Shown one piece after another: positions 49,671-59,178 of a stretch of 64,000 nucleotides of DNA. The translations under genes were made by a program, and so were the position numbers. This DNA is from Nitrososphaerota archaeon. Its GTDB lineage: Archaea > Thermoproteota > Nitrososphaeria > Conexivisphaerales > DTJL01. A model generated the notes under the pieces. It did not search any database. It was not told the DNA's origin and saw only the letters and a program-made list of their open reading frames with translations. The stretch covers positions 83,661 to 147,660 of the forward strand of contig JAJPJS010000025.1 of assembly GCA_021324115.1 (NCBI GenBank). Reading direction: 5' to 3'. Every line of letters begins with the position of its first letter. Positions within the stretch are counted from its first letter, which is position 1.

Positions 49671-50143
49671 GTACGGCACTTTTGATCAAGGAAGGAGACA
49701 AACTTCCTGAGGTCGAGCTCGAGTCTTACCCTGCCGCCGGTAAGAAGAAGACGTCCGAGTTCAGGGGAAAGTGGCTTGTGTTGTATTTTTACCCTAGGGA
49801 CGACACCCCGGGTTGCACGAAGGAGGCGTGCGGATTCAGAGATACAATCTCTGAGATAGCGAAGCTGGGCGCAAACGTGGTCGGGGTCAGCACGGACTCC
49901 GTGGATAGCCATAGGCGCTTCCATGAAAAGTATTCGCTGAACTTCCCACTCTTGAGTGACCCAGAAGGGAAGCTAGGCAGAGAGATCGGAGTTCTGAACG
50001 AAGGATCATCTCGCCCCTCAATGAGAAGGGTGACACTGCTCGTCGACCCGAAAGGTGTGGTAAGGAAAATTTACCCAAAGGTAGACCCGACAGTACATTC
50101 TGACGAGGTGGTTCGGGACCTCAAGAAATTCATTGCATCTTGA
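49667..50143 (+). CDS. bcp: Peroxiredoxin, Bcp/PrxQ-type (second tandem copy)
   Basis: 158 aa. YFYPRDDTPGCTKEACGFRD. 4-nt overlap with the first bcp. Confidence 0.85.
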   Translation: MSTALLIKEGDKLPEVELESYPAAGKKKTSEFRGKWLVLYFYPRDDTPGCTKEACGFRDTISEIAKLGANVVGVSTDSVDSHRRFHEKYSLNFPLLSDPEGKLGREIGVLNEGSSRPSMRRVTLLVDPKGVVRKIYPKVDPTVHSDEVVRDLKKFIAS

Positions 50144-50179
50144 ACCTGCTCTTCTGGGCTACGTCATTTCGGGTTAGCC

Positions 50180-50191
50180 TTATATAATAGC
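50180..50191 (+). promoter_or_regulatory. TATA box about 30 nt upstream of the S30e start
   Basis: ttatataatagc with leaderless-transcript spacing to the ATG at 50221. Confidence 0.4.
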
Positions 50192-50220
50192 CATTCAGAA
50201 GATTTGAATGGATTCATATC

Positions 50221-50388
50221 ATGCCGACTCATGGCTCGTTAACAAAATCCGGCAAAGTCCGGTCTCAGACACCAAAGCTTGAAGCGAGGCAGCGCACCTT
50301 CCCGATTCCCAAAGTAAGTGCGAGGGAAAAGTACAGGAAGAGGTTCACACTAAAGCGCAGGGCGGGTCAAAACTGGGTCATAAGGTGA
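50221..50388 (+). CDS. rps30e: 30S ribosomal protein S30e (eS30), 55 aa, absent from the ORF track (below 60 aa)
   Basis: MPTHGSLTKSGKVRSQTPKLEARQRTFPIPKVSAREKYRKRFTLKRRAGQNWVIR. HGSLTKSGKVRSQTPK is the eS30 signature. Stop TGA at 50386-50388. Confidence 0.75.
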   Translation: MPTHGSLTKSGKVRSQTPKLEARQRTFPIPKVSAREKYRKRFTLKRRAGQNWVIR

Positions 50389-50546
50389 CGCCGTTCCCCC
50401 TCCTTCGAAAACTCATTGAGGGATGAAAACACCGTTTTGAGGCTTTTACCAAGCGGTAACGGAAACCAACGCAAGGTGGGGCTACCTTCTTCTGATAATA
50501 CACCCGGACCAATACTCGATACCGACTTGCTGTTTATTGTAGAGGG

Positions 50547-51743
50547 TTGATTATGAAAGCCAAGCTGTTTGTTTGTGAGGCAGGGATCGCACTCCTGGAC
50601 GAGAGTGGAAACCCGGTTGCCAGCTACAGGTTTCAGGGGGACATGTATGAAAAGTATACAGAGCTCATGGGCGGGAAAAATGTCGAAGAACTTGGGCTGA
50701 TTCTTGAACATGCAAAGAGCACAGGCGTTACGGAGCTGGAATGTCCGTACGAAGAAATCGTCCCTACACTCACTGCGTCTGGTTTGGGCGTGATCTCTTC
50801 AGATGAAAGGGCGAAATTCGAAGCCGAAAAGGAGGAACTGATGCTCAGGTCCGGGCTCGTGTTTTCGAAGGATGAGGTGCTGGACATAATACGCGAATTT
50901 GCAGTCAAGAAGTCCGAGCAGCGAATAAAGGAAAGAGCCACAAGACCTGACCTTCAGGTGGTGCAGTCAATCATGGCTGTTGACGAGCTTGACAAAATCG
51001 TGAATCTGATGAGCGCGAGGGTCAGGGAGTGGTATGGCCTTCACTTCCCTGAGTTGGATGAGCTACTGCAGGACCCGGTCGCTTACTGCAGGACAGTGGT
51101 GGACTTTGGAAGAAGGCAGGGCATAGACCCCGACTCGCTTGAGGCTGCAGGGATATCGAAATCCAGAGCTGAAGCGATTGCTGAAGCCGCATCCAAGTCA
51201 AGAGGCGGCGAAATAAGCGAGGAGGACCTGTTGCCCTTGAAGGCTCTTGCAGAAAACACGGTTTCACTATCAAAACTGAGAGAACGTCTGATAAAACATG
51301 TGGAGAAGAACATGAAGGAGCTTGCTCCGAACATCACGGAGATCGTAGGGCCGGCGATTGGCGCCAGGCTGATCGCAAAGGTGGGGAGTCTGCAAAGACT
51401 AGCGATGCTTCCCTCGAGTACCATTCAAGTTCTGGGGGCCGAAAAGGCTCTCTTCAGGTCCATGAAAACCGGCGGCAGGCCTCCCAAGCACGGCCTCATC
51501 TTCCAGCACACACTCGTACATTCTGCACCATCCTGGCAGAGAGGCAAGGTCGCAAGGGCGTTGGCCAGCAAGATTGCGCTTGCGGCCCGACTGGATTTCT
51601 TCAGGGGTGAGAAATATGGTGGGTTGTCCGAAAATATGACAAAGCGCATGGATGAAATAAAGAAAAAGTATCCGCAGCCCCGGGAATCCAGGAAGCATGA
51701 TGATGCAGGACATGCAAGGCACAGATATCGAGGCCATCGCTGA
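50547..51743 (+). CDS. nop5: C/D box sRNP protein Nop5 (Nop56/58 homolog)
   Basis: 398 aa. N-terminal fibrillarin-binding domain, coiled coil, Nop domain (…IAKVGSLQRLAMLPSSTIQVLGAEKALFRSMKTGGRPPKHGLIFQHTLV…), basic tail. Confidence 0.9.
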   Translation: MIMKAKLFVCEAGIALLDESGNPVASYRFQGDMYEKYTELMGGKNVEELGLILEHAKSTGVTELECPYEEIVPTLTASGLGVISSDERAKFEAEKEELMLRSGLVFSKDEVLDIIREFAVKKSEQRIKERATRPDLQVVQSIMAVDELDKIVNLMSARVREWYGLHFPELDELLQDPVAYCRTVVDFGRRQGIDPDSLEAAGISKSRAEAIAEAASKSRGGEISEEDLLPLKALAENTVSLSKLRERLIKHVEKNMKELAPNITEIVGPAIGARLIAKVGSLQRLAMLPSSTIQVLGAEKALFRSMKTGGRPPKHGLIFQHTLVHSAPSWQRGKVARALASKIALAARLDFFRGEKYGGLSENMTKRMDEIKKKYPQPRESRKHDDAGHARHRYRGHR

Positions 51744-52416
51744 GGGGATCTACCGGGTCAACCTGGGCGGGGGCCGGATTGGGCTAGCTACCAGGAACAT
51801 GGCGAAGGGGATTTCTGTATATGGTGAGCAACTTCTGGAGATAGATGGAGAAGAGTACAGGCTCTGGGACCCACACAGAAGCAAGTTCGCTGCCGCTCTT
51901 TTGAAGGGACTAAAGGACTCCAATATAAGGCCAGGCGCTCGCATTCTTTACCTGGGCGCTTCGACAGGTACCACCGTAAGTCACGTTTCTGATATTGTAG
52001 GCGGTTCCGGTGTGGTGTTTGCCGTTGAAGTGTCACACCGTGTTGCTCGCGAACTCATGGAGCATGTGTCCAAGTTCAGGAGAAATGTAGTACCTATCCT
52101 AGAAGATGCTAGAAATCCAGACGCCTACGGCTCGGTGTTCGGGACGATAGACGTCGTTTATTGTGACATAGCTCAACCCGATCAATCTGAAATAGCGATG
52201 CAGAACTGCAGGAGATATCTGAAGGAGGGTGGCACGCTCCTGCTAGTAGTTAAGGCAAGAAGCATCGACGTGCTGAAAGATCCCAAGCAGGTTGTGAGAG
52301 AGGAGGCAGGGAGGTTGCAGCGGGCGGGGTTTGACGTGAAGCAGGTCATATACCTCGAACCCTTCGACAAGGACCATGGGATGATCCTGGCAACGTATGG
52401 GCGAAAATCTAGTTAA
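51697..52416 (+). CDS. flpA: Fibrillarin rRNA/tRNA 2'-O-methyltransferase
   Basis: 239 aa. SAM-MTase motifs (ILYLGASTGTTVSHVSDIV, VYCDIAQPDQSEI). Overlaps the nop5 3' end. The true start may be the internal Met at 51712. Confidence 0.9.
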   Translation: MMMQDMQGTDIEAIAEGIYRVNLGGGRIGLATRNMAKGISVYGEQLLEIDGEEYRLWDPHRSKFAAALLKGLKDSNIRPGARILYLGASTGTTVSHVSDIVGGSGVVFAVEVSHRVARELMEHVSKFRRNVVPILEDARNPDAYGSVFGTIDVVYCDIAQPDQSEIAMQNCRRYLKEGGTLLLVVKARSIDVLKDPKQVVREEAGRLQRAGFDVKQVIYLEPFDKDHGMILATYGRKSS

Positions 52417-52689
52417 CCCCTTCTTGAAGAAAGGCTGTCCCGCGACCGGTTAGGAAGATTGGGTCGAGGTTTGACGCAAGATCAGCATTCATTCTTATTA
52501 GTAGTTAGGCCGTAATGGCCTGGGGCTTCTGGGTCATTGAGTCGGTCTTTCACTGATTAAGGTTTGATATGATGTTCCTGATAGCTCTACCGTGGGTGTA
52601 TGTATGTCGGGGGAGAGGAGACATGGAAATTAGAAAACGAACCAACAGCAGGGATAAGGAGTAAGCCGGACAGCATAACTTGTAACAGC

Positions 52690-53688
52690 CTATGAACCGC
52701 CCCTTCTTTTAGGCATGTCTTCTGAAGGGTCGTCCACACCCTTGTTGTCTATGACAAACACCACCTCTCTTTCAGGATGATACGGGCTGTCGACCATTCG
52801 AGCTATCCTGCTCTTCGCTGCCTTTCTCAGGTAAATTCTGTAGGTGCTTGTGTGTGCAACGACATGCCCCCCAGTTGCCCTTGTCGGATCACCGAAAAAG
52901 AAATCCGGACTGGATTGGACCTGGTTGGTGACCACCATTGCGATCCCGTACACCTCCGCGATCCGAAGAATCTGGTGCATGAATCTGTTGAGTCTCTGCT
53001 GCCTTTCTGCAAGGGTTCCCCTTCCCAGGAACTCGGCCCTGTAATGTGCAACGGCAGAATCCACGATTACGAGCTTGACCTTTGAGCTTTCTATTTGTCT
53101 CCCCACCTCTCTTATTATAAGTTCCTGATGTGCGCTGTTGTATGCCTTTGCCACGATGATGTTGTCGAGTATCTTCGCGGGGTCGAGCCCACGCGCTTCT
53201 GATATTTCGGCTATTCTTTCGGGCCTGAAGGTCCCCTCAGTGTCCACGTATATTGCTCCTGCCTCTAGCCCTCCCTGGTCTTTAGGCAGCTGCACAGTTA
53301 CGGAGAGCGTGTGGCAAACCTGACTCTTACCGCTCCCAAATTCACCATAGAACTCTGTTACAGCGCCGGTCTCCACCCCTCCCCCAAGAAGGTCATCTAG
53401 AGATTTCGCACCTGTTGTTATTCGCTCAATGCTTTGCCTTTTCTTGAATAATTCTTTAGCCGAGACAAAATCCTTTGAGAGGATGCCGAGCTCACTGAGC
53501 TTGGCTCTTGCCTTGTTGATGAGTTCCGTCGCCTTCGCAGAATCTCCATTTATGGCCTCTGCGACCTCACCCACTCCTCTGGCCGCGAGGTCCATGATTG
53601 TATATATGCCGGATTCCTCGAGCTTCTGCTTGGTGACAGGACCGACCCCTTCGAGAGTATCGAGCTCCAGCTCCTCTTGCGCCGCCAT
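52690..53688 (-). CDS. radA: DNA repair and recombination protein RadA
   Basis: 332 aa. N-terminal HhH domain. Walker A GEFGSGKSQVCH, Walker B LVIVDSAVAHY. RecA/Rad51 core. Confidence 0.9.
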   Translation of the reverse strand: MAAQEELELDTLEGVGPVTKQKLEESGIYTIMDLAARGVGEVAEAINGDSAKATELINKARAKLSELGILSKDFVSAKELFKKRQSIERITTGAKSLDDLLGGGVETGAVTEFYGEFGSGKSQVCHTLSVTVQLPKDQGGLEAGAIYVDTEGTFRPERIAEISEARGLDPAKILDNIIVAKAYNSAHQELIIREVGRQIESSKVKLVIVDSAVAHYRAEFLGRGTLAERQQRLNRFMHQILRIAEVYGIAMVVTNQVQSSPDFFFGDPTRATGGHVVAHTSTYRIYLRKAAKSRIARMVDSPYHPEREVVFVIDNKGVDDPSEDMPKRRGGS

Positions 53689-53721
53689 ATAATATCACAT
53701 ATCTTTTGCAGAGCCACTATT

Positions 53722-55065
53722 TTAAGGGTACAGTCTGCTTGTGGTTCTGGGAAATATGGAGGCGGACCTGATATGCTTCAAGTCGAGCATCCACTTCAGG
53801 GCTCTCTCCACCCCCAGACCAAATCCTGAATGCGGGGGCATTCCATATTTCCTGAGATCCAGGTACCATTTCATTCTTTCGGGGTCCAGACCATGCTCTT
53901 CAACCCTCTTCATTAACACCTCATACTCATGGATTCTCTGACCACCGGTCGCTATCTCCACCCCCCCTGCTAGAAGGTCCGCGCTGAGCGAAACGCCCTT
54001 TCGATGGGGGTCTTCCATATGATAAAAGCTTCTTGCAGAAAGCGGATATCCCTTGACGAAGACAGGCTTCTCGAAACTCTGGCTAACTATCCTTTCGGCT
54101 TCGGTTCCAAGATCCTCGCCCCACTCCAGCCTGACCCCCTTTCTCTCCGCTATCTGCAGCGCCTCTTCATAATCTATTTTGGGAAACGGTGGGTCAGGGA
54201 CAACTATCTTCTTACCTAGTGCATCGAGTTCTCTCGAGCAGGAAAGGGACACGTGCTCGGCCATGTGGTGTACAAGCTCCTCTTCAACAGTGAGAAGTTC
54301 GTCTAGCTCTGTGAACGCAAGCTCCGATTCGATCATCCAGAATTCTGTAAGATGCCTCGCGGTCTTGGACTTTTCGGCCCTGAAGGCGGGCTGAAGAATG
54401 AACACCCTGTCCAGGCTCAGTATTGCGGCTTCCTCGTAAAGCTGGGCACTCTGGCTGAGATAGGCTGTCTCATCGAAATACTTCAGGGAGAAAAGCGTCG
54501 CTCCGCCCTCGACTGCGGATCCTACGAGTATCGGAGTCTGGATGTACACATAGCCCCTGTCGTAAAAATAGTCGAAGACGGACCTCATGAGCTCCGACCT
54601 GATCTTGATCATTGAAGCCGTCTTCAATCCCCTGATTGAAAGGTGTCTGAGGTCGTATAGCGCAGACCGGGATTTCAGCAGAGACTTTCTCAATGGCCAG
54701 GGTTCCGCACCTGCGATCACCTTGAACCTGGTTATGGCGACTTCTTTACCAAACGGAGCCCTCCTGTCTTCCTTTACTGTACCCTCTGCATAAACGGCAG
54801 ACTCCGTTGTCGCCTTCGCTGCCTCGTCCCAGGCTTCTTCGGGGATGCTCCCCCTTCTTCCGGAAAGCTGAATGAAACCACTTCCGTCCCTGAGTCTCAG
54901 GAACACTACCCCGCCTACAAGGTTCTTCACCGCCACCCAACCCAGAAGCTTCACCTCTGTGCCCTGTGGCAGCTGCGGGACTTCCGATGCCTTATGGGTC
55001 CTGTTGTATTCCAGCAATCGATACACCGGTGGGCATAGCTTAATGAAGATGGCTTCTTTAAGCAT
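53722..55065 (-). CDS. aspS: Class IIb aminoacyl-tRNA synthetase, aspartyl-tRNA synthetase (archaeal type; AsnRS not excluded)
   Basis: 447 aa. N-terminal OB anticodon-binding domain. Motif 2 FRAE, motif 3 GGVEIATGGQR...GFGLGVERA. Confidence 0.8.
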   Translation of the reverse strand: MLKEAIFIKLCPPVYRLLEYNRTHKASEVPQLPQGTEVKLLGWVAVKNLVGGVVFLRLRDGSGFIQLSGRRGSIPEEAWDEAAKATTESAVYAEGTVKEDRRAPFGKEVAITRFKVIAGAEPWPLRKSLLKSRSALYDLRHLSIRGLKTASMIKIRSELMRSVFDYFYDRGYVYIQTPILVGSAVEGGATLFSLKYFDETAYLSQSAQLYEEAAILSLDRVFILQPAFRAEKSKTARHLTEFWMIESELAFTELDELLTVEEELVHHMAEHVSLSCSRELDALGKKIVVPDPPFPKIDYEEALQIAERKGVRLEWGEDLGTEAERIVSQSFEKPVFVKGYPLSARSFYHMEDPHRKGVSLSADLLAGGVEIATGGQRIHEYEVLMKRVEEHGLDPERMKWYLDLRKYGMPPHSGFGLGVERALKWMLDLKHIRSASIFPRTTSRLYP

Positions 55066-55086
55066 TCATCGGAGCACAATTCTGAA

Positions 55087-56259
55087 TTGCGAGATAGAGT
55101 TCTCATAATGGCTTCGCCTGAAGCGCAGAACAATGTTGAGCTTCTTGCCGATCAACTTGAATCGTTTTTCGACATCTCAACCGAACGAGTTGAAATATTC
55201 GGGGACTGGATCCTGGTCACCTCCCCAGACCCGTTAGAATTCGCTCACCGAGCTGCCAAGGTACCTGGCGTCATGAAAACATTTGTTGGTACTAGGCTGC
55301 CGCTGGATGGAAGCAAACTTCTGGAACACACAGTCAGTGTATCAAAGAAGTATGTTCCGCACGGCTTTACCTTCACCGTAAAGGTGTTGGGGAGGGGGAA
55401 TATCGAAGATGCAGATCTTTCCAACTACGTTACATCGAAACTAGTGGAAATAATGCATGAAAGAAGAGCGATTCCCTCCGACAGTTCGCCCGGCGTAACT
55501 ATCTGGGTGTTCAGGGGCGACGACCTATTATTCATATCACCACTCGGTATCCCCGGAACGGGCGGAGTGCCATCTGGGTTGGCCGGGGGGTGCGCCGTCA
55601 TGTTCTCGGGTGGTGTCGGGAGCACACTTGCTGCCCTAGAAGTCAACAGGGCTGGCTTCGGCCCCATGCTCTGCCACGGACTTGTGGAACCCGCCTCCCC
55701 TTCCTCCCTCAGAATGGTGGCGCTATCTGCGACCTTCGTGAGACGTTCTGTCCCCTTGAAGGATTTCAAACTACACGTGTTTTGCTTGCCAAAACTGCAA
55801 ATATCTGGAAGTGAAACCGACCTGCACTGCGTCCAATATGCCCTTCTTGCAGAGTGTACATCCATGCTTGGCAGGAAGCAAGGCGCCGTGGCCGTTTCAG
55901 CCGGATTGACCTCCAAGCATTCCAATTCCGGCTTGATTCGGCTGTTTGCAAAGCATTCCAATGATCTGGAAACCATTTACCCACTCCTCTCAAGGAGCAG
56001 TTCGGAATACGCTCACTTCTTACCCTCGGAGCTTCTGAAAAGGGAAAGTTATGTGAAAATAGAGGAGACGCTCAACTGTGAAGTTTCTTGTGTAGAGACA
56101 CTATTCAGGAAGCTTCATCTACCACGTTCAGCGGCGGAGGCAGTGGCCAATTCGGTGGCGGTGCCGCTTCATTCCACATCAAGCTACCATCAGACACTCG
56201 ATGGAATAGTGAGTGCGCTGAAAGCTGCGGGAGTAGGCGGAGTCGCGGGGATTCAATAA
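55087..56259 (+). CDS. THUMP-domain / PP-loop-like protein (ThiI-like tRNA sulfurtransferase family) with degenerate PP-loop
   Basis: 390 aa. N-terminal ferredoxin-like plus THUMP pattern. Central VMFSGGVGSTLAA resembles the SGGxDS PP-loop, but Asp is replaced by Gly. Confidence 0.4.
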   Translation: MRDRVLIMASPEAQNNVELLADQLESFFDISTERVEIFGDWILVTSPDPLEFAHRAAKVPGVMKTFVGTRLPLDGSKLLEHTVSVSKKYVPHGFTFTVKVLGRGNIEDADLSNYVTSKLVEIMHERRAIPSDSSPGVTIWVFRGDDLLFISPLGIPGTGGVPSGLAGGCAVMFSGGVGSTLAALEVNRAGFGPMLCHGLVEPASPSSLRMVALSATFVRRSVPLKDFKLHVFCLPKLQISGSETDLHCVQYALLAECTSMLGRKQGAVAVSAGLTSKHSNSGLIRLFAKHSNDLETIYPLLSRSSSEYAHFLPSELLKRESYVKIEETLNCEVSCVETLFRKLHLPRSAAEAVANSVAVPLHSTSSYHQTLDGIVSALKAAGVGGVAGIQ

Positions 56260-56264
56260 AGCGA

Positions 56265-57488
56265 TCAGGACCCGTTCCGGCGCTGCGCCATCCCCCCGAA
56301 CCACTTTACTATCATGGCCGCGTTATTTATCCCATCCAACTGCATCGCCACCTCTTTGATACGTTGCACGCTTTTCAGCATGCTGCAATCCTGGATACAA
56401 GATCTTACCTCCGATGCCAGGCTCTCTGCGGTGAGACTTTGCTGGTCAATCGATCTTGCAAACCCTAGCCTTTCACATTTCTGTGCATTGCCCCACTGTT
56501 CTCCGTGGAAGGGAATGGGGATGAGAACAGCCGGCTTCCCGGCAAATATCACCTTTGAGATCGTCTCGTGACCCGCTCTCGAAACGATCAGATCGCACGA
56601 TCTCATAAGCGACTGCACTTCATGATCAGGGCACCAGTCGTAAACCATTACTTCGCCATCCTTTTTCGGTTCTGAAGAGGCTGTAGGATCGCCCTTGCTC
56701 AGTATCACCCGAAACTCCTGACTGAGCAGCCTGGCTGCTCTTGCGACTTTGGGTATAAGTGATTTTCTTGAAGCTGTGGGACCACTTATCATGAAGAACA
56801 CTTTTTTCCGTACGGAATCATCTTTAAACTGAGATTCAAACAGATGATCAGGGTCAGAAGTTAGGTTGTGCGTATGATTACCGAAGAATCCCACGTACCT
56901 GTATCTGTTCCGTGGCAATCTCAGGGTTTGCAGCGAATCCTCAGATATTGTGTATGGGGGAGGGAGGTCCGGGACTATTGTCGCATCCGCTGCGTTCCAG
57001 AACGCCGCAAGAGATTCTCCATTTATACGTTCTAAAATCCTCATCATTCTGCTCTTCAAGGGTGGCAGGTTCACCCTCATCTGATTCGTAATGAGCAGTC
57101 TGGGAACTCCGGAGGTATACGCCGCCACCACTGCAGACAGTCTAGAATCACTGATCACAAGGTTCGGCTTCCTCCTCCTTATCAACTCGATTTCCCTGAT
57201 TATCTGCACCCCGAAACTGCCGTAGAATTGCGGCAGCGACCGGACCGTCCTCTTGAACGCCATTCTGCCTTCTGAGCCCCACTGGACGTCAACGGGGGGT
57301 ACCTCCACGCACTCCAACCCGTTTCTCTTGAGCAAGGAGAGTCCTTCGCCCCACGATGTGCAGTAAATCTCAAAGCTATCGGCAAGTACATTGATCAGTG
57401 GAATCATCCGCGCGGCATGACCAAGGCCGGAACCATAAACAGCAACATGGAGAAGAGGATATGAGCCAATCCTATTTCCTGTCGCCAA
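56265..57488 (-). CDS. GT-B fold glycosyltransferase (GT28/MurG-like, GT1 superfamily)
   Basis: 407 aa. N-terminal HVAVYGSGLGHAARMIPL (Gly-rich acceptor-domain loop). C-terminal donor-binding region VSRAGHETISKVIFAGKPAVLIPIPFHGEQWGNA. Confidence 0.7.
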   Translation of the reverse strand: MATGNRIGSYPLLHVAVYGSGLGHAARMIPLINVLADSFEIYCTSWGEGLSLLKRNGLECVEVPPVDVQWGSEGRMAFKRTVRSLPQFYGSFGVQIIREIELIRRRKPNLVISDSRLSAVVAAYTSGVPRLLITNQMRVNLPPLKSRMMRILERINGESLAAFWNAADATIVPDLPPPYTISEDSLQTLRLPRNRYRYVGFFGNHTHNLTSDPDHLFESQFKDDSVRKKVFFMISGPTASRKSLIPKVARAARLLSQEFRVILSKGDPTASSEPKKDGEVMVYDWCPDHEVQSLMRSCDLIVSRAGHETISKVIFAGKPAVLIPIPFHGEQWGNAQKCERLGFARSIDQQSLTAESLASEVRSCIQDCSMLKSVQRIKEVAMQLDGINNAAMIVKWFGGMAQRRNGS

Positions 57489-58272
57489 GGCTCTTCTTTG
57501 TCACCTCACCCAGAGGACTAAGCTCTGCAAAAACTTCTGCCTGAAATGTATACAGTTTCAGATTCCCGATAAGCCAGTAGTCTGGGTGTGCACCAGCCTT
57601 CATGCATGCATAAGCCAGGTATGTGTCTACATCCCAGTTCTCCTCCACCGGCACCTGCGGCAGCAGAAGACCAGCCCCCTGATCCCATTCCACGATCAGT
57701 CCATCTCTTCCCACCACGACCGCTTTCTTGTATTCAAGCGGGTTGACCACCTTCAAAAGAGTTGGCCTTGTAAGTACACTCACCTCAAACGTGCATTTCT
57801 CGAGAGATGAAGCCGGCAGCGGGTCAAATCTGGGGTCGTGGCTGGCAGAATCGATGGCCGAGTCTATGACCGCCTGTACGAGCGGCATCGCTGGATCGGG
57901 TCTGCCAATGCAGCCTCGAAGCTCCCCTTCGGGAAAGGTCCTAAGTGTCACGAAGGCCCCATGATTCACCATCATCTTTTGCGGAGTATCCGCTGGAGGG
58001 TGCAGTCTGGTTCCTGATTCAAGATACAGCCTTGCAGCTTTCCTTGAGAGGGATACAAGCCACTTCCCCTCCTCCCTTGTGAACAGTTCAAACTCCTTCT
58101 TTTCAGTTGCCAAGGCATTCACGCAGATGCGAGTCGAGTGACTCGAGCTTCGACCAGTGGCTACCCTCCCAATATGCCTTTCCACAAAAAGCACAGAAGT
58201 AGAAGACATCATACCTTTCAAGAGACTTCTGTGCGACGTAGTCATGAACCTCATGCCTGGGTTTAACACCAA
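57472..58272 (-). CDS. AMMECR1 domain protein
   Basis: The domain core (FVTLRTFPEGELRGCIGRPDP...DPRFDPL...VSVLT...GLLLPQVPVE) matches AMMECR1. The N-terminal ~60 codons overlap the Mut7-C gene, so the true start is probably internal (MMSSTS at about 58212). Confidence 0.7.
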   Translation of the reverse strand: MVLNPGMRFMTTSHRSLLKGMMSSTSVLFVERHIGRVATGRSSSHSTRICVNALATEKKEFELFTREEGKWLVSLSRKAARLYLESGTRLHPPADTPQKMMVNHGAFVTLRTFPEGELRGCIGRPDPAMPLVQAVIDSAIDSASHDPRFDPLPASSLEKCTFEVSVLTRPTLLKVVNPLEYKKAVVVGRDGLIVEWDQGAGLLLPQVPVEENWDVDTYLAYACMKAGAHPDYWLIGNLKLYTFQAEVFAELSPLGEVTKKSLGDRK

Positions 58273-58693
58273 GAGTTCCGTTGCAATTGGGACATCTAGA
58301 GTCCGCCGAATTCAACCTAGGTTTTATACCGAGTTTTCCGAAAACCTGACATAATCTCTCGAGGTCATTTTTGCCTGTTACAAAAATACAGGAGACTGAA
58401 CTTTTTCTGGATTGCTCCGCAAGGCGCTTGTCTGAAGTGAGCAGAATACGTGATTGCTTGGTGCATTCCTCAAGTAGCTTTTGATCATCTTCGGATTTCA
58501 GATAAAGCGTATCATAACCATATATCCTTAGCTTCCGTGCCAGGCTTCCGAGCATTCCGTCCACCAGGAATCTCGGACGTTCACCCTTCCTGTCCGCCCT
58601 TTCCTGCTTCTCCTCGGCATTCCTCACAGAGAAACCTTCCGTCCACTTCAGCCAGATTATCAGACCATTCACCGCAGGCATCGCAGTAACCAC
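58103..58693 (-). CDS. Mut7-C RNase domain protein (PF01927 / DUF82 type)
   Basis: RFLVDGMLGSLARKLRIYGYD is the family signature. C-terminal CxxC...CxxC zinc ribbon. The first ~40 codons of the listed ORF overlap the CBS gene, so the true start is likely near 58580. Confidence 0.7.
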   Translation of the reverse strand: MVTAMPAVNGLIIWLKWTEGFSVRNAEEKQERADRKGERPRFLVDGMLGSLARKLRIYGYDTLYLKSEDDQKLLEECTKQSRILLTSDKRLAEQSRKSSVSCIFVTGKNDLERLCQVFGKLGIKPRLNSADSRCPNCNGTLGVKPRHEVHDYVAQKSLERYDVFYFCAFCGKAYWEGSHWSKLESLDSHLRECLGN

Positions 58694-59153
58694 TCACCTG
58701 CTTTCCTTCTCGCCTGCCTCCGGTAAGAATCCTTGCCTTTTCGGACAGGACATCAATCAGTTCCGGCGTTACCGCAACTATATCGGACATTGAAATTATT
58801 CCGACTATGCGACCCCTATACGTGACGCCGAGTCGCTTTATCCCAAGCTTTCTCATCAGTCTTGCTGCCGTAGTGACATCCTTGTCGCTTTCCACGGTAG
58901 CCAGAGGTGAGGACATGACATCCCTCGCCATAACACTGCTAGGAAGGCGGTTCCTGGCAACAACTTTGCTCACCAGGTCACCCTCCGTGACTATGCCCTT
59001 CACTTCCTCTCCATCCATTATGACTACGCTGCCCACCTTCAACTTCTCCATCTTGTCTGCTAATTCAGCCGCCGTATCTGTTTCCTTTCCCGAAACTGGT
59101 GGGCCGTTCATGACTTCTCTTACCATAACTTTCGTGGCAAGGCTTCTCTCCAT
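58581..59153 (-). CDS. CBS-pair domain protein with C-terminal zinc ribbon
   Basis: 190 aa. Two CBS motifs (VMNGPPVSGKETDTAAELADKMEKLKVGSVVIMDG; VMSSPLATVESDKDVTTAARLMRKLGIKRLGVT). CDACGEW...CEEC. Confidence 0.8.
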   Translation of the reverse strand: MERSLATKVMVREVMNGPPVSGKETDTAAELADKMEKLKVGSVVIMDGEEVKGIVTEGDLVSKVVARNRLPSSVMARDVMSSPLATVESDKDVTTAARLMRKLGIKRLGVTYRGRIVGIISMSDIVAVTPELIDVLSEKARILTGGRREGKQVSGYCDACGEWSDNLAEVDGRFLCEECRGEAGKGGQEG

Positions 59154-59178
59154 ATCTTATCCCCTCCTCAGGCTGACC

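Noticed and set aside
52417-52689. Possible ncRNA or small ORF in the fibrillarin-radA convergent gap
   Set aside because: Only a 31-codon ORF (MMFLIALPWVYVCRGRGDMEIRKRTNSRDKE) with no conserved features. No convincing stem-loop or box C/D (RUGAUGA…CUGA) pair was found by eye.
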